A stretch of DNA of 63,663 nucleotides, filler included, from Octopus bimaculoides (lineage: Eukaryota), in assembly GCF_001194135.2 (NCBI RefSeq). It is 10 parts of 9 records of this genome, joined end to end, with 100 filler letters (N's around TTAATTAATTAA, not from the genome) between each part and the next. Parts side by side here need not be neighbours in the genome. Positions count along the whole stretch, not along the records: positions 11,517 to 24,325 come from NC_068992.1; positions 24,426 to 32,074 come from NC_068986.1; 8 more parts are not named here. The stretch is one strand, 5' to 3'. The first letter of the stretch is position 1. Each line of letters starts with the position of its first letter. The notes under the pieces were generated by a model. The model saw only the letters and a program-made list of their open reading frames with translations. It made no database searches and was not told the origin of the DNA. The translations under genes were made by a program, and so were the position numbers. Positions 13,315-27,504 of this stretch are shown here, piece by piece.

Positions 13315-14655
13315 AACATATATATGTAAATACAAAGGTTTATATATTAACATATATGTAAGAATGCATATATGCATATANNNNNNNNNNNNNNNNNNNN
13401 NNNNNNNNNNNNNNNNNNNNNNNNNNNNNNNNNNNNNNNNNNNNNNNNNNNNNNNNNNNNNNNNNNNNNNNNNNNNNNNNNNNNNNNNNNNNNNNNNNNN
13501 NNNNNNNNNNNNNNNNNNNNNNNNNNNNNNNNNNNNNNNNNNNNNNNNNNNNNNNNNNNNNNNNNNNNNNNNNNNNNNNNNNNNNNNNNNNNNNNNNNNN
13601 NNNNNNNNNNNNNNNNNNNNNNNNNNNNNNNNNNNNNNNNNNNNNNNNNNNNNNNNNNNNNNNNNNNNNNNNNNNNNNNNNNNNNNNNNNNATATGCATA
13701 GTGATATTTATTTATATATTTATATACTGATATGTATACATACCCTCGCACATATGTGTGTACGTGTGTGTTTGTGTTTGTGTGCGTGTAAACGTTTCCG
13801 TTTTCACACCAAAGATAAATGCACGCAAAGTATATAATAGAATTTATTCATGTATTCTATGCTGGGACTGCATTCGGTTAAAACCAGAGTTTTTATACAC
13901 TTACACTCACTTATGCTCATTTACACACAGACGCACGCATAGACATATGTAGACAGGCTTATTAGCAAAGTTTGTTTAAAGTTCTCCATATACTGGATAA
14001 TATTTCTGTTATAAGAAAGAGTATTTATCAAACTACTTGTGTTTACGATTTCTTCAGCTTTCATACGTTTTCTGTCACAAAATACCCCGAACCGTTTACT
14101 TTTGTTTATATGCAAATCATTTCTATAAGTGTTGTTGATTCTCTTGATCGCGCCCTCCTTGTAGCCTTCTTCCAACGTAAAAATCTATTAACAAAATAAA
14201 CAGAGCTACATACATAGAAAAACACATTTCTCTGTCCTCAGTATTATTCCTCTCTCAATTTTTTGATGCTCGTTTATATTTCGTCTTTCTTTCTTTCAAT
14301 ATATGCAACTCATATGTTGTGCCCTTCGTTTTTACGGGGCTAATGTGTAGTTCAAACGTTTTAGCGTTTATACAAAGCGCAAAATACCTTCTCTATATAT
14401 CAAACCAGTGTGTTTTAGGACCTCCTCCCGAATGCTTGTCATTAATCTTTCTTTCTAGTAAATAGTCTTTGTATATCTTGAGTTCTTATCATGTCACCAA
14501 AGTAATTGAGCTTCTTTTCCTTAATTAAGACTAATGATCTTTATGTGTGCCTGCTAGTTGCAGCACTCCTTCATTAGTTTTATGTTTTGACCAAAATATT
14601 CTTATCATTCGTGCATAAAATATTTGCTCTGTTGTATTGGTATTTCTGTTGCTTC

Positions 14656-14674
14656 TTATTATTATTATTTATTA

Positions 14675-14728
<54 letters not shown>

Positions 14729-14736
14729 ATTATTAA

Positions 14737-14796
<60 letters not shown>

Positions 14797-14814
14797 TTTT
14801 ATTATTATTATTAT
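14656..14814. repeat. (TTA)n microsatellite
   Basis: Direct reading. Confidence 0.95.
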
Positions 14815-15125
14815 GGCAGCGTGCAGGCAGAATGGTTAGCGCGCTGGGAAAAATACTTAGCGTTATTTCGTCCGTCTTTATGTTAAGTCGGCGAGATGGC
14901 AAAGTGGCAAAATGGGAGAATCGTTAGCACGCTGGGCGAAATGCTCAGCGGTATTTCATTTGTCGTTACGTTCTAAGTTCAAATTCCACCGAGATCGACC
15001 TTGCCTTTCATCCATTCGTGATCGATAAATTAAATACCAGTGTAACACCGGGGACGATGTGATCAGCTTGTTCCCTCCCATAAAATTTCAGGCCGTGTGC
15101 CTTTAGTAGAAAAGATTATCATTAT
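14815..15125 (+). mobile_element. SINE family B with duplicated head
   Basis: GGCAGAATGGTTAGCGCGCTGGG... is followed by a second GGAGAATCGTTAGCACGCTGGGCGAAATGCT, then the core and the tail AAATTTCAGGCCGTGTGCCTTTAGTAGAAA. Confidence 0.8.
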
Positions 15126-15964
15126 TACTATCATTATCAATGAACGTCCGTTTTTCTTGGACTATATCATAGTATATTGTATTCTGTATATATATATTCC
15201 TTTCTTGAGCGTCCAGTAACACAATATCTGTATCACGTCATTGCATTGTTGTTATATATATATGTATCCGTAATTTTTTTTTTTCAAAACTCGACGAACC
15301 CTGTTATGGGTTAATATATGCATGTAATCTGTAACGTATATATTTGAAATCACTCAACTTGCGTACACTTCAAACGTTTTGTAAATCATTTTCACTTTAA
15401 CTATTCACGGTAATTTAAATATATATGAAAGAGTCAATAACATCATGAATAATCCGGAAAATTGTTATATGATTCGGAAAAAAGTAGTCAAAAGAATCTA
15501 AACTCGATAATATAGAATAATATAGATGTGTACCCGTTCACTTTACGTCTATAGAGCAAATCTTTCATAAAAATTAAAATGTACATATATATATATATAN
15601 NNNNNNNNNNNNNNNNNNNNNNNNNNNNNNNNNNNNNNNNNNNNNNNNNNNNNNNNNNNNNNNNNNNNNNNNNNNNNNNNNNNNNNNNNNNNNNNNNNNN
15701 NNNNNNNNNNNNNNNNNNNNNNNNNNNNNNNNNNNNNNNNNNNNNNNNNNNNNNNNNNNNTACAAAAGTAGATTCTTTTAAGAAATTTCGGTCATGTATT
15801 AAACCAATTTCATTGTCAAAATATATTCATAATTCCATCCATCTATCCAGCCAGCCATGTAGATATACCCACTCAAATGCACATATACATTTATAAGTAT
15901 CCCTGTAAATAAATGTATAGATGTAGATGTATGCACAAAAGGAGCGCTGCATTCATCATTTTGT

Positions 15965-16490
15965 GACAGAGACAAGTAGAAAAGCGATGCAGTGAAAACA
16001 TCCATCCTCACCTGCTCCAAAGATGGCCAAAGGAAGGTCATGGGCTTAGTTGTTTGAGATGCAAGTGGCATTACGTTTATTGATTATCTTCAAAACGGTT
16101 ACAGCATTCGTGGGGAGAACAGTGACAACTCACGGAGGCTGTCTCGAAGGACTATAATGAAAGAACGCTCTGAAAAACAGACGAAAGTTATATTTTTTGA
16201 TTCGTACACACGTCATGGGTTTCAAAGGGTACGGTGCATGACTAGGCGTTTGACCTGGTTGATCAGCCTTATCATTCTACTGATTTGGCCCCATTTGACT
16301 ATTATCGGTTGCGAAACAGGAAAAGACATTTGGCTGTGGATCAATATCATAGTGATGATGACATCATATATGCTTTTGATGAGTTTTTTTTTTTTACCAA
16401 CCTCGTGAAAGCTTCATCAGCAATAGGATCCATGCACTGCAACACCGATAGAAGAAGTGTGTGGGCTGTAAGGGGGATTACGATGAAAAT
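15965..16490 (+). pseudogene. Decayed mariner transposase C-terminal half
   Basis: Q*KHPSSPAPK, GKVMGLVV*DASGITFIDYLQNG, DQPYHSTDLAPFDYY (YSPDLAPxD motif) and KKCVGCKGDYDE. Confidence 0.8.
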
Positions 16491-16587
16491 TGAACCTAAT
16501 TTGATCAGATTCCATGAGTGCACCATGGTCAGCCTATGAACTGTTCAGCCGACCCGCGTACGTATATAAATACATTCATAAACACAC

Positions 16588-16660
<73 letters not shown>

Positions 16661-16662
<2 letters not shown>

Positions 16663-16985
16663 CACTACGTCTGTTATGACGACGAGGGTCCCAGTTGATA
16701 CGATCAACTGAACAGCTTGCTCGTGAAATTAACGTGTAAGTGACTGAGCACTCGACGGACACCCGTGCCTTTCATGTAGTTCTCATGAAGATTTAGCGTG
16801 ACAGACAGTAACACAGAGTGTGACAATACTGGCCATTATAAATATAGGTACATCACATTTTTGCCTGCTGAGTGGACTGGAGAAATATGAAATAAAGTGT
16901 CTTGCTCAAGGACACAACGAATCGCCGGGAATTGAACTGACGATCGAGAGCCGAATGCCCTAAACACTAAACCACTATACACGCA
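16661..16985 (-). mobile_element. tRNA-derived SINE sharing its 3' tail with the SINE at 32174
   Basis: The head has GTGTCCTTGAGCAAGACAC (CORE/V-like). The tail region GTAGTTCTC...TAGCGTGACA...CAGAGTGTGACAA matches 32181-32222. Confidence 0.65.
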
Positions 16986-16987
16986 CG

Positions 16988-17030
<43 letters not shown>

Positions 17031-17429
17031 ATACACACACACACACACTACAAGTATGTATTAAATACATATATATGTCTATACAAGCATCTACATATGT
17101 TCATGCTTACATATGCACTCATATGCTTATACGTAGATTTGAGTATCTGGATGTACGCCGGCACATATGTCTTGTTATATGTGACTATACAATGGTTGTT
17201 GATTAATCAAGCTAACGATATATCCAACAATAGCTTTTTAATCTCCTGTCAATCTTAAATACGAGGTTGTTGTATGCATTCATCATTATTCGCTCGGCGT
17301 CATTTAACTGTTTTCGCGAGATAATTCAGTTAGCTTGGCTCTCCATTCGTTATGGGGGGATGTATCAGTAGATTCAATGAACCGAGCAGCCTGCTCCTGA
17401 AATTTAAGTGCAAGAGACATACCAGCAGT

Positions 17430-17625
17430 TCGCTTAGAACTACATATAGTTAGTTCAACAATGTTATGATCTGCGAGTGCTGTTGGTGTCACCATCAGAT
17501 TATGAATATGTTCCACATTATTTGTGAAGCAGAGGTCCAATATGTTGTTGCCCTTGGTTGGCCTTAGTATCGCTTGCTCCATGAACAGCGTATTAGAAAA
17601 TTCAAGTAATGACTCTATATGTTTA
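17430..17625 (-). pseudogene. AP-endonuclease C-terminal fragment of a CR1/L2-like LINE
   Basis: LLEFSNTLFMEQAILRPTKGNNILDLCFTNN...LADHNIV carries the PT...ILDL.F and (S/A)DH motifs of LINE APE. Confidence 0.7.
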
Positions 17626-17643
17626 CCTATAGTTATGCATGTG

Positions 17644-17693
<50 letters not shown>

Positions 17694-19390
17694 NNNNNNN
17701 NNNNNNNNNNNNNNNNNNNNNNNNNNNNNNNNNNNNNNNNNNNNNNNNNNNNNNNNNNNNNNNNNNNNNNNNNNNNNNNNNNNNNNNNNNNNNNNNNNNN
17801 NNNNNNNNNNNNNNNNNNNNNNNNNNNNNNNNNNNNNNNNNNNNNNNNNNNNNNNNNNNNNNNNNNNNNNNNNNNNNNNNNNNNNNNNNNNNNNNNNNNN
17901 NNNNNNNNNNNNNNNNNNNNNNNNNNNNNNNNNNNNNNNNNNNNNNNNNNNNNNNNNNNNNNNNNNNNNNNNNNNNNNNNNNNNNNNNNNNNNNNNNNNN
18001 NNNNNNNNNNNNNNNNNNNNNNNNNNNNNNNNNNNNNNNATATATATATATATATATATATACATACATATAGTCATGCATGCATACATACATATACATA
18101 TATGCATGCATGCATGCATGCATAAGTACATGCATACCTACATACAAACTTATGCATAGTGTTTCAATTAAGAGTTAAATCATATGAAGCGTTCCCAAAT
18201 ACTCAACTAAATATTGTCAATCAAAATATATAAGTCTGTTGGTAGTGTATATTTGGAAGGCATGAAGACAAGGGATTTTTTCTCATCTATATTACCTGTA
18301 TTACAATAAATATTTAGAATGGATGACTGCATCGGTAAGACGCTGCCCAAATACACTACGCGGTTCTTTTCTAGGAAATGAGCAACTTTCGCTTATGTAG
18401 AAATATCAAGGTCACGAAGTGGTAGTGATTGTTGAACGTCGGCAAAATCTCGTGATGTGATTTTAGATTCTCTATTAAATTGAAGCTGCCTTTGCGCTTT
18501 ATCTTCCTGGAATCGATAAAAAGCGTCGATGAGAGTGGAATCGATATAATTAACTACACTCTTCCTGGAATATGAGATCTTGTACTATGCATATTTAGTA
18601 ATCTAGCAACATATCATTATTTTATCTGTTATACTATCTGCGATGTTTCACGTATACATATNNNNNNNNNNNNNNNNNNNNNNNNNNNNNNNNNNNNNNN
18701 NNNNNNNNNNNNNNNNNNNNNNNNNNNNNNNNNNNNNNNNNNNNNNNNNNNNNNNNNNNNNNNNNNNNNNNNNNNNNNNNNNNNNNNNNNNNNNNNNNNN
18801 NNNNNNNNNNNNNNNNNNNNNNNNNNNNTATAATATTTATATATATATATATTATAATATTTTATATAAAGCGTGTGTCCTTCGTTCATATATAGGTTAA
18901 TACTAAGGTTTAACGTGATGAAAATGATCGTTAAAGCATGTATATGTCATGCTGACGGCGTTTATTTTTCTTTTAAGAATCATTATCTCACACTTTTTCC
19001 TTGCACAACACGTTTTTTCGTACCTCTGTTTCTCACACTGTGCTTTATTTCTACCACGTTCTAATTTCCGTCATTTAGGCACATTGGCATAAGCGCTAAG
19101 AAAATATTTTACTTCTAATATTTACCTGCTAGAAATTCATTCACTACAATTCTTAATTTTTTTTCTACCCCTCCTCCCAATTTCTTCTTATTTCTTTTTC
19201 TCTTTCCTGTATTACAAGGCGCGCTCGCTTGTTATTCTTTTACGCACAAGTCACGAAGAGAGATTCTGCCGGGCGAAGTTGAAAGAGATATGACGCTAAC
19301 AATGTCGAAAATAGTTGCACAGAAAAATATATGAGTAGGAGAAAATATATATGCTAAAATAACAAAACTGATCCTATGCGCAAGCAGAGA

Positions 19391-19416
19391 TGATAATAAT
19401 AATAACAACAATGATG

Positions 19417-19490
<74 letters not shown>
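19391..19490. repeat. (TAA)n microsatellite
   Basis: Direct reading. Confidence 0.95.
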
Positions 19491-19800
19491 CCTGTTCAAA
19501 TGCACAAGGAGTTAGAAAATAACAGACCAGACATAACAATTATAGATAAAGAAAAGCGATGTTGCTAATGTATCGATCCATCATGCCCGTTTGATTCTAG
19601 GATTATAAAAAAAGAGGAAGAAAAACACACACACACGCACACACAAAAAAAAATACAATCCCTTAAATGTTGAAAGCGGAAGTATTTGGAGCATGCGAAC
19701 AGTAAAGTCCGCGCCTATAAAATGTGGTGCGTTGCGAACAGTAAGCAAATATGTAGACAAATAGCTGAAGGAGATTCAGATCAAATGACCGGATCTTTGT
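19491..19800 (+). pseudogene. R4/Dong-like non-LTR retrotransposon, RLE domain fragment
   Basis: VQMHKELENNRPDITIIDKEKR...IDPSCPFDSRIIKKEEEK...CGALRTVSK (RPD motif). It starts immediately after (TAA)n. Confidence 0.65.
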
Positions 19801-19949
19801 CCCTTAGGGACAGCAACGGTTATGATGAGGCTCTAAGCCCTTGAAAGACAGCTGAAAACTTGTGGATCCCTATGGTTACAAGTAGTAACCAACTATCAAC
19901 ATAAATTCTTCTAGGATTAAGACCGAGCCTGAGCCAAACCACTATAACC

Positions 19950-20020
<71 letters not shown>

Positions 20021-20024
<4 letters not shown>

Positions 20025-20457
20025 GCCCGGATGCAATACCAGGCAGTGGCTCTCATGGCTTCTGGTCTTAATTGAATGGAAGTGTTATCATGTGCATTGT
20101 ATTGTCTTGGTATAAAAAGATGGGCTACAGCAAATATTCCGCTTAATACCACAGACTTGCTCGTCAGTTGTTTGACCTTAACCATTTGAGCATGTCCCTT
20201 GGTGGCTGACGATATGTGCATCTCTGATCATGAGCAGAAGTAGTGAGGGAGCATCATAGCCATAGACAATTCTAACTGGGCCCCACCTGCGAGGCCATGC
20301 GTTGTTTATCTTGATATGTGATCGCCATGTCGCTCACATATGGTTGTCATGCATATGCCTGGTGTACCCTTATCAGATGAGTAGTCATGATGGGTATAAT
20401 GGGTTTTGTATATTTTACCCCAGTGTCACTTTGATGGCAATCACTTCTCTCTCACTC

Positions 20458-20460
<3 letters not shown>
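20021..20460 (+). mobile_element. Non-coding ~440-bp repeat embedded between (TAA)n runs; putative Dong-mobilised element or UTR
   Basis: Unique-looking sequence bounded exactly by (CAA/TAA)n at ~19945-20020 and (TAA)n at 20458-20545. It ends ...CTCTCTCACTC-AATAATAAT. Family assignment is inference. Confidence 0.45.
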
Positions 20461-20537
<77 letters not shown>

Positions 20538-20659
20538 TAACAATAAGGATCCACGTGTGGGGAAGGCTATCAAAAGCCTTTCGGTAGTCGATCCAAATCT
20601 TACTGAGGCCTTTCTTCTTTCTGTGGCTGTCTTCAGCTATGGTTTTATTGATTATTAGT

Positions 20660-21712
20660 TGATCTCTACAGCTGTATGAGACCTTGCAGCATCCATTCTG
20701 CTCGTCTGGAAACTAATACAAATGGCCACAAAACACGACCAAAACAAAAAAAAAACTGTTTTCAGTATTTAAGGAAGCTGACAAATACAAACAACAAAAC
20801 ATACTACCTACCAAATATGAAAAAGAAGAAACAACAAAAGCTATAAAACAAATGAAATCCAATCTAAAACTAGAACAGCAACAGATCAGGATAAAGCGAT
20901 GGCAAGAAAAGCCCCTTCATAGCAAATATTGGGCTAAACTAAATGCAAAATAAATAGACAGAGAAAAATCCTCAGGAGTCAAAGCAGAGACTGGTTGATT
21001 TTTAATTACTGCACAAGACCAAAGCCTCCCCAAGAACATAACAAGTAACTGCAGAATATGTGGCAATGGACAAGAAATAATAAATCATATTATCTCTGGC
21101 TGCCCAGTCCTGGCTAAGAAGGAATATATTCACAGACACGACAGAGCTGGGATCTACATACACTGGAAGCTATGTCAACACTATGGAATAACAACAGAAA
21201 AAAGATGGTATAGGCACACGCCAGAAAAGGTCACAGAAAACGAGAAAGCAACCATAGTATGGTATATGCCAATACACATAGAGAAATTAAGGCAAATAGG
21301 TCAGATATAGTTGTCAGAGATCATGAAGAAAATAAAATGCTTTCTAATTGATGTATCAATATCAGCAGATGACAACGTTTCACTAAAAGAAATGGAGAAA
21401 CTTTCAAAATACAAAGACCTGGAAATAGAGGCAACTCGAATGTGGAATCTAAAAACAGAAATTATTCCTATCATAGTAGGCGCATTAGATACGATAGAAT
21501 GATATTCAGACAAATACATAACAAAGAAAAAGCAGGACTTACAAATATAGACAACATACAGAAAATTGCACTACTGGACACTGCACACATCCTACGCAAA
21601 ACACTTTCAGTACAGTAATCTTTAGAGCAACACAGCAAACCACAGCACACACCCATGGTACACAGAGCTGTGCTCGTCAGTGAAGTGAAAGCACGTTATA
21701 AAAATAAAACTA

Positions 21713-21715
<3 letters not shown>
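20660..21715 (+). pseudogene. 5'-truncated R4/Dong-like retrotransposon (zinc knuckle + RLE + 3' UTR)
   Basis: CRICGNGQEIINHIISGC (CX2CX8HX4C), HDRAG..IHWKLC, and LIDVSISADDNVSLKEMEKLSKYKDL...IPIIVGAL. It ends in (TAA)n at 21716-21766. Confidence 0.85.
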
Positions 21716-21766
<51 letters not shown>

Positions 21767-21769
21767 CGA

Positions 21770-21975
21770 TTGTACTACAGGCACAAGGCCTGGATTTTCT
21801 AGGGAAGAGGACTGTCTATCTCATCGACCCCAGTATTCATCTCGTCCTTAATTTATCGAGCCCGAAAGATTGAAAGGCAAAGTCGACCTCAGCGGAATTT
21901 GAACTCAGAACGTGGTAGGGGGAATACCGCTAAACATTTCGCCCGGCGTGGTAACGATTCTGCCAGCTCGCCGCC
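21770..21975 (-). mobile_element. SINE family B, full length
   Basis: Head GGCGGCGAGCTGGCAGAATCGTTACC on the minus strand, followed by core and tail. Confidence 0.85.
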
Positions 21976-22757
21976 TTAATAATAGTAATATTAATGACAA
22001 TGATGCTGACGACAGTGACGATAATGATGATGATGATGATGATGATGATAATTGTAATATGTTTTATTGGGTAAAAGGGCCCAAGACATTTACATATATA
22101 TATATGTATATATGTATATATACTATAGTAGAAGGAAATATATGTATATAATATATATATATATATAAAGATATGTAAATGCTTAGATACATACAATCAT
22201 ACATACATACTTATATTCTACGTGTATACAATTGTCTCGTGTTGCATCATTTTATTGAGCAGCGATAAAACATTCTTTTTAGAACGCCATATCAGTAAAA
22301 TTGTAAATTCACATTATCTATCTCCTTGAAGCTACTGCACTCGCATTGTTCGATGAAAACTAACGACCGAATAGAAGTATATCGAAATAGCGAATCATTT
22401 TTGTTTCAAAATAGTTTAAAAGATGCCATTTTATTAACATAGATTCAGGGGAGAGAATCAAAGAATGAAACCATAGAAAAGCCAGTTTTACTTCTGCTAT
22501 GCAATTTAGCTTCAATGTTTAATGATGAACAATATATTTTATATTTGGTGTCAGGCAAACACGGATCTTTACAATTTATTGTTCGACTACAAACACAGTA
22601 GCAGACTGCTTTTACTACTTAGTAATAATTCTCTGACCACCTGCCTTTATGTGACATGTATNNNNNNNNNNNNNNNNNNNNNNNNNNNNNNNNNNNNNNN
22701 NNNNNNNNNNNNNNNNNNNNNNNNNNNNNNNNNNNNNNNNNNNNNNNNNNNNNNNNN

Positions 22758-22813
<56 letters not shown>

Positions 22814-25418
22814 AACATACACGAATATATATATATGTATGTATGTATGTATGTATATATATATACAAATACATATATCCATACATGCGTACATACAGTA
22901 TATAAATAAATGTATGCATGTATTTGCGAATATATATGTCTGTAGGTCTGACTCTCAGATATGAAAATATTTTAACGGCAGGTGAAAGGCAGATATATTC
23001 AATTTGCATCATTCTAACTATTTCAAGAATGTCTATGAGGAAATTAAACAGAGACGTCTGCAGCATGAAAAATTCAAACGAAAATGTCTAATGTTATACT
23101 TAAAATCTATACAGCCAAAAGAATTTTAATAATAAGACATTTCCTTCGTTATCATTAGGATAAGTAATTAAAAGAATAATTCCGGCGATGAAACATTGTT
23201 TTACCGTAATTAATTAGGTGTAATGGGATCTTGAATTGAATGTTATTTACAATTTTTTTTCATGTTAAGCAATTAGTAATCTATTTGTTAAGGATTTCTG
23301 ATATAGGGAAAATGCCTGCAGTTATATGGTAAGTAGTTTTATTCGTTACCCAGGAATTAAACTGGTCCCATATTTCATCGAAGTAACACCTCAACAGACT
23401 TGATCGCCGTGGAAATTGTCTAATCATCTAAATCTCTAAAATTATTAGAGATCTTTTTTATATTCCGACATACAAATTCCTTAATAAGTAATGTGGTACG
23501 AAATGAATTGGTATTGAAGAGATTGTAAGAAAGTTTTCGGCGTATGCTGCGCCGAAATTGCTCTAAGAAATCTTCAGGCAGTAATTGTACTAGTTGCGGG
23601 AACCTGGCGTTTCTGCAAGAGGTGCCATGCTTAATTTCATTTCACCCTTAAAATGCAAATATCCATAATTTCATATTCAGTACAATTTAATATATAGACT
23701 TCTAACGTCATATAAAGGTGAACAGCACAACACTTTGCAATGTGGGGACAAGTTAGAATATTCTTCAGATCGAGTAGCCCATGCCGCTCATGTATGTATG
23801 TACCTATGTATGTATGTATGTATGTATGTATGTATGTATGTATGTACGAAATCTTAGCCGTCACTCGATAACGATCATATGACATGTTCGATTGTACCAC
23901 ATTTTTGCTAATAGTTTGAGATGCCTATATTGTTGCAACATGATTCTCAGTATTTTTTTTTTTAACAATAAAAAAAACATTGAATATGAAAGATAAAGGA
24001 AAGGTGGGCTGTTTGTCGGTGATACTTATTTCAGCCGAGTAGGCAATATCAGAGTGAAAAGGTATGCATTCATGACACCACCTTTTCGAGAAATTGAAAC
24101 CAAGAATGCATACCCGATTATCTATTATCTAAGATGCATGCCTTCACATATGTACCCACATGGATAGGTACAAATCATTTTATGTGTTTCTGTAGATATA
24201 TATCTATATCTATCTATCGATATATCTATATATGCATACACACGCGCGCGCGTGCATATATATTTGTTAATAGGCAATATCAGAGTGAAAAGGTATGCAT
24301 TCATGACACCACCTTTTCGAGAAATNNNNNNNNNNNNNNNNNNNNNNNNNNNNNNNNNNNNNNNNNNNNTTAATTAATTAANNNNNNNNNNNNNNNNNNN
24401 NNNNNNNNNNNNNNNNNNNNNNNNNTGATGAAATCATATTTCCGGTGCATTGATAAACCAACGCATCAAAAACTAGCATGGTACAACATCGTAGAAATGT
24501 AAGCATTTAAAACAAAAAGGGAAGAAAAAAGACACATTAGTTGTGTATTATTATGATAATCATTTATATAAGTGCATAAACGTCATTGTACGGTTAACAG
24601 ATTAGCTTCGAAATCACGTGGTTTCGAAGTTAGCCTGGAGGCTGGTCAGTGTCTTCACAAACACATAACACACACACATACACGCACATATACAGACAGA
24701 TACACATACACAAGAAAAAATTATTTCGACAAAGTGATAACGTGCGAGAAAGGCAATACACACACACAACACAACACGCACGCGCGTGTATGTGTGTACA
24801 AAAGTTTATGCACACACACACACACCTATATATACATGCATACATACATATGCAGGAAAATACATACATAAAACAAAACATAGAAACCAGTACATATACA
24901 TACATACATATATACATACATACATACATATATACATACATACATGTATACATACATACATACATATATACATACATACATATATACATACATACATATA
25001 TACATACATACATACATATAAAATTACCCTGTTGATGTTGTTGAAATTCCAATGAAGGAGCCTAGGATCTAGGTTAGAAACCGGCCCTTTCTCTATTGGA
25101 AGAAATCTTGAAATAAACCTAAACAATGACATACATACGTACAACGGCATATGTGTTCATGGCTATATAAGAAACGTATGCTCAGTGGAACGTCCTTGGT
25201 CAACTTCCAGCATGTCGTAGCAATGAAGGGCCTCCGACATTTTGTACAAGCAAGATTTGGGGTTAACAGTCTAGGAAACACTACTGTGCAGCATCAAATG
25301 CAGCTCATCTCTTTACAACCGATGGTGGTGACGTGCTTTCATTGCGTGACCTTAGGTCTTCTCAATCTGGACTGACCTGGGGTTATACAGCAATAATCAC
25401 ATTTAAAGACGTACAAAA

Positions 25419-25610
25419 AAGGCTGTACAGTGAAGAGGTTGCATATGCAAACTGCACCGCTGCACTGTATATCAGAATGTGCGGCATGATACTCAGTTAC
25501 AAAGGAGATATGGCATATCCACATATCCAGAATTACGGATCTATAGAACGAATCTAGTTGTTTGACCAACTACCTACATGGCATGGGGTCTACTCACGCA
25601 ATAAACCAAG
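25419..25610 (+). repeat. Source copy of a ~192-bp local duplication (second copy at 27613-27805)
   Basis: Near-identical sequence AAGGCTGTACAGTGAAGAGG...CAATAAACCAAG at both sites. Confidence 0.95.
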
Positions 25611-26636
25611 CGAAGACCCAAATAATTATATATTCATTATCTTTTGAACACACAACAATGCAGCCAATCAATCAACTAAAACAACCGAATAATCAACCTG
25701 CCCACCACTCAATCANNNNNNNNNNNNNNNNNNNNNNNNNNNNNNNNNNNNNNNNNNNNNNNNNNNNNNNNNNNNNNNNNNNNNNNNNNNNNNNNNNNNN
25801 NNNNNNNNNNNNNNNNNNNNNNNNNNNNNNNNNNNNNNNNNNNNNNNNNNNNNNNNNNNNNNNNNNNNNNNNNNNNNNNNNNNNNNNNNNNNNNNNNNNN
25901 NNNNNNNNNNNNNNNNNNNNNNNNNNNNNNNNNNNNNNNNNNNNNNNNNNNNNNNNNNNNNNNNNNNNNNNNNNNNNNNNNNNNNNNNNNNNNNNNNNNN
26001 NNNNNNNNNNNNNNNNNNNNNNNNNNNNNNNNNNNNNNNNNNNNNNNNNNNNNNNNNNNNNNNNNNNNNNNNNNNNNNNNNNNNNNNNNNNNNNNNNNNN
26101 NNNNNNNNNNNNNNNNNNNNNNNNNNNNNNNNNNNNNNNNNNNNNNNNNNNNNNNNNNNNNNNNNNNNNNNNNNNNNNNNNNNNNNNNNNNNNNNNNNNN
26201 NNNNNNNNNNNNNNNNNNNNNNNNATATATATATATATATATATACAGATGTACTGTTGCTTATACATGATGCAATAACAAGTATATGCATATATACACA
26301 CACACGCACACACTCACTCGCACACACGTGAGTATGTATGTATGTATGTATGTATGTATGTATGTATGTATGTATGAGTATGTACGAACATGAATATGTA
26401 TATGCGAAAATATTTCTTTGCATGCATATATGTATGTGAGTGTATATGCTGTCCCAAAGCTTTATAAATCTGTATGTTCATGTGTATGCTTCCAAATATG
26501 TATGCATGCATGAATGTATGTATTACGCATATACAAATACATGCTTGTGTAGCTGTCATATGTGTAATTGCTTTTCTGAATATGTGTCTATATTTCTATG
26601 AAAATGATTATGATGATGATGATGATGATGATGACG

Positions 26637-26707
<71 letters not shown>

Positions 26708-26999
26708 TGTGTGTGTGTCTTTTGTTTTTAATTATTCAAATTCTTTCTCTGGAGAAGGAGCTGCTGTCTAACAAAGATACAAAGCTCCATCGTTGGAACG
26801 CAGATAACAAAAACAATGTCCCATTATAATTATAAAAGTCTTGAATATTTTTACTGTTCCACTTACAGACTGAATTTGTAATGTGCGTGTTAGTTGGCCG
26901 ATTCCCTTTTCAGAAAATCCAACGTAATCCAGAGTGTCAAGCAGTTACTCACAAAACCAAGTGCATCAATTATTATTAGTATAAATGTGAATTTATAAC

Positions 27000-27210
27000 C
27001 TGGATATAAAAGCTGGAGGCTTCAAGGCAGTTGTCCACAGTTATTCTCTTCCACTTTGATTTTCAAAGAGATAGGAAGAGAACGCTTTGGGTAGTGTGCA
27101 GAATATTGGTAATAAGGTTAATCATAGTTTTCTGGTTTTCGATGTTTCTGAATGGGGCAGTGTTATTGAAGAGTCTTCGCTTGAACGATCCACCAGTCAA
27201 TCTGCCGCAT
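27000..27210 (-). pseudogene. Possible Penelope-like GIY-YIG fragment
   Basis: RLTGGSFKRRLFNNTAPFRNIENQKT resembles the YIGLTEG.FK.R.NNH..SFR segment of Penelope endonucleases. It is highly decayed. Confidence 0.35.
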
Positions 27211-27504
27211 CGTTTTAGGTTGGTGTCATGTTATCCGTAACTTTGATCCCTGTCTCACAAACGATGGCCTCACTGTTACGGGCTATATTGCAGAAGCGTT
27301 GAGGGTTTTTTTTAAGTGAAGCAGTTATTACTGCTTTTAATCATTGTAATTTTAGTATATCATTATTATACATCTAATAAGCAGACCTGCCAACGTTTGC
27401 TATTCCAGATTGAAGGAGACTGCTGTAATAGCACTTTGAACACACCTTACTAAACACTGCTTGTCACAGCTGACGAGTTTGCAGAATGCAATCGGAACGT
27501 GAAG

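Noticed and set aside
19160-19340. Strong polypyrimidine tract and acceptor (TTACAAG|G) as an exon start
   Set aside because: No convincing donor downstream and no recognisable peptide in any frame.
24040-24325. 55-bp exact direct repeat (24040-24094, 24271-24325)
   Set aside because: The second copy ends at a contig edge, so a real duplication cannot be distinguished from an assembly artefact.
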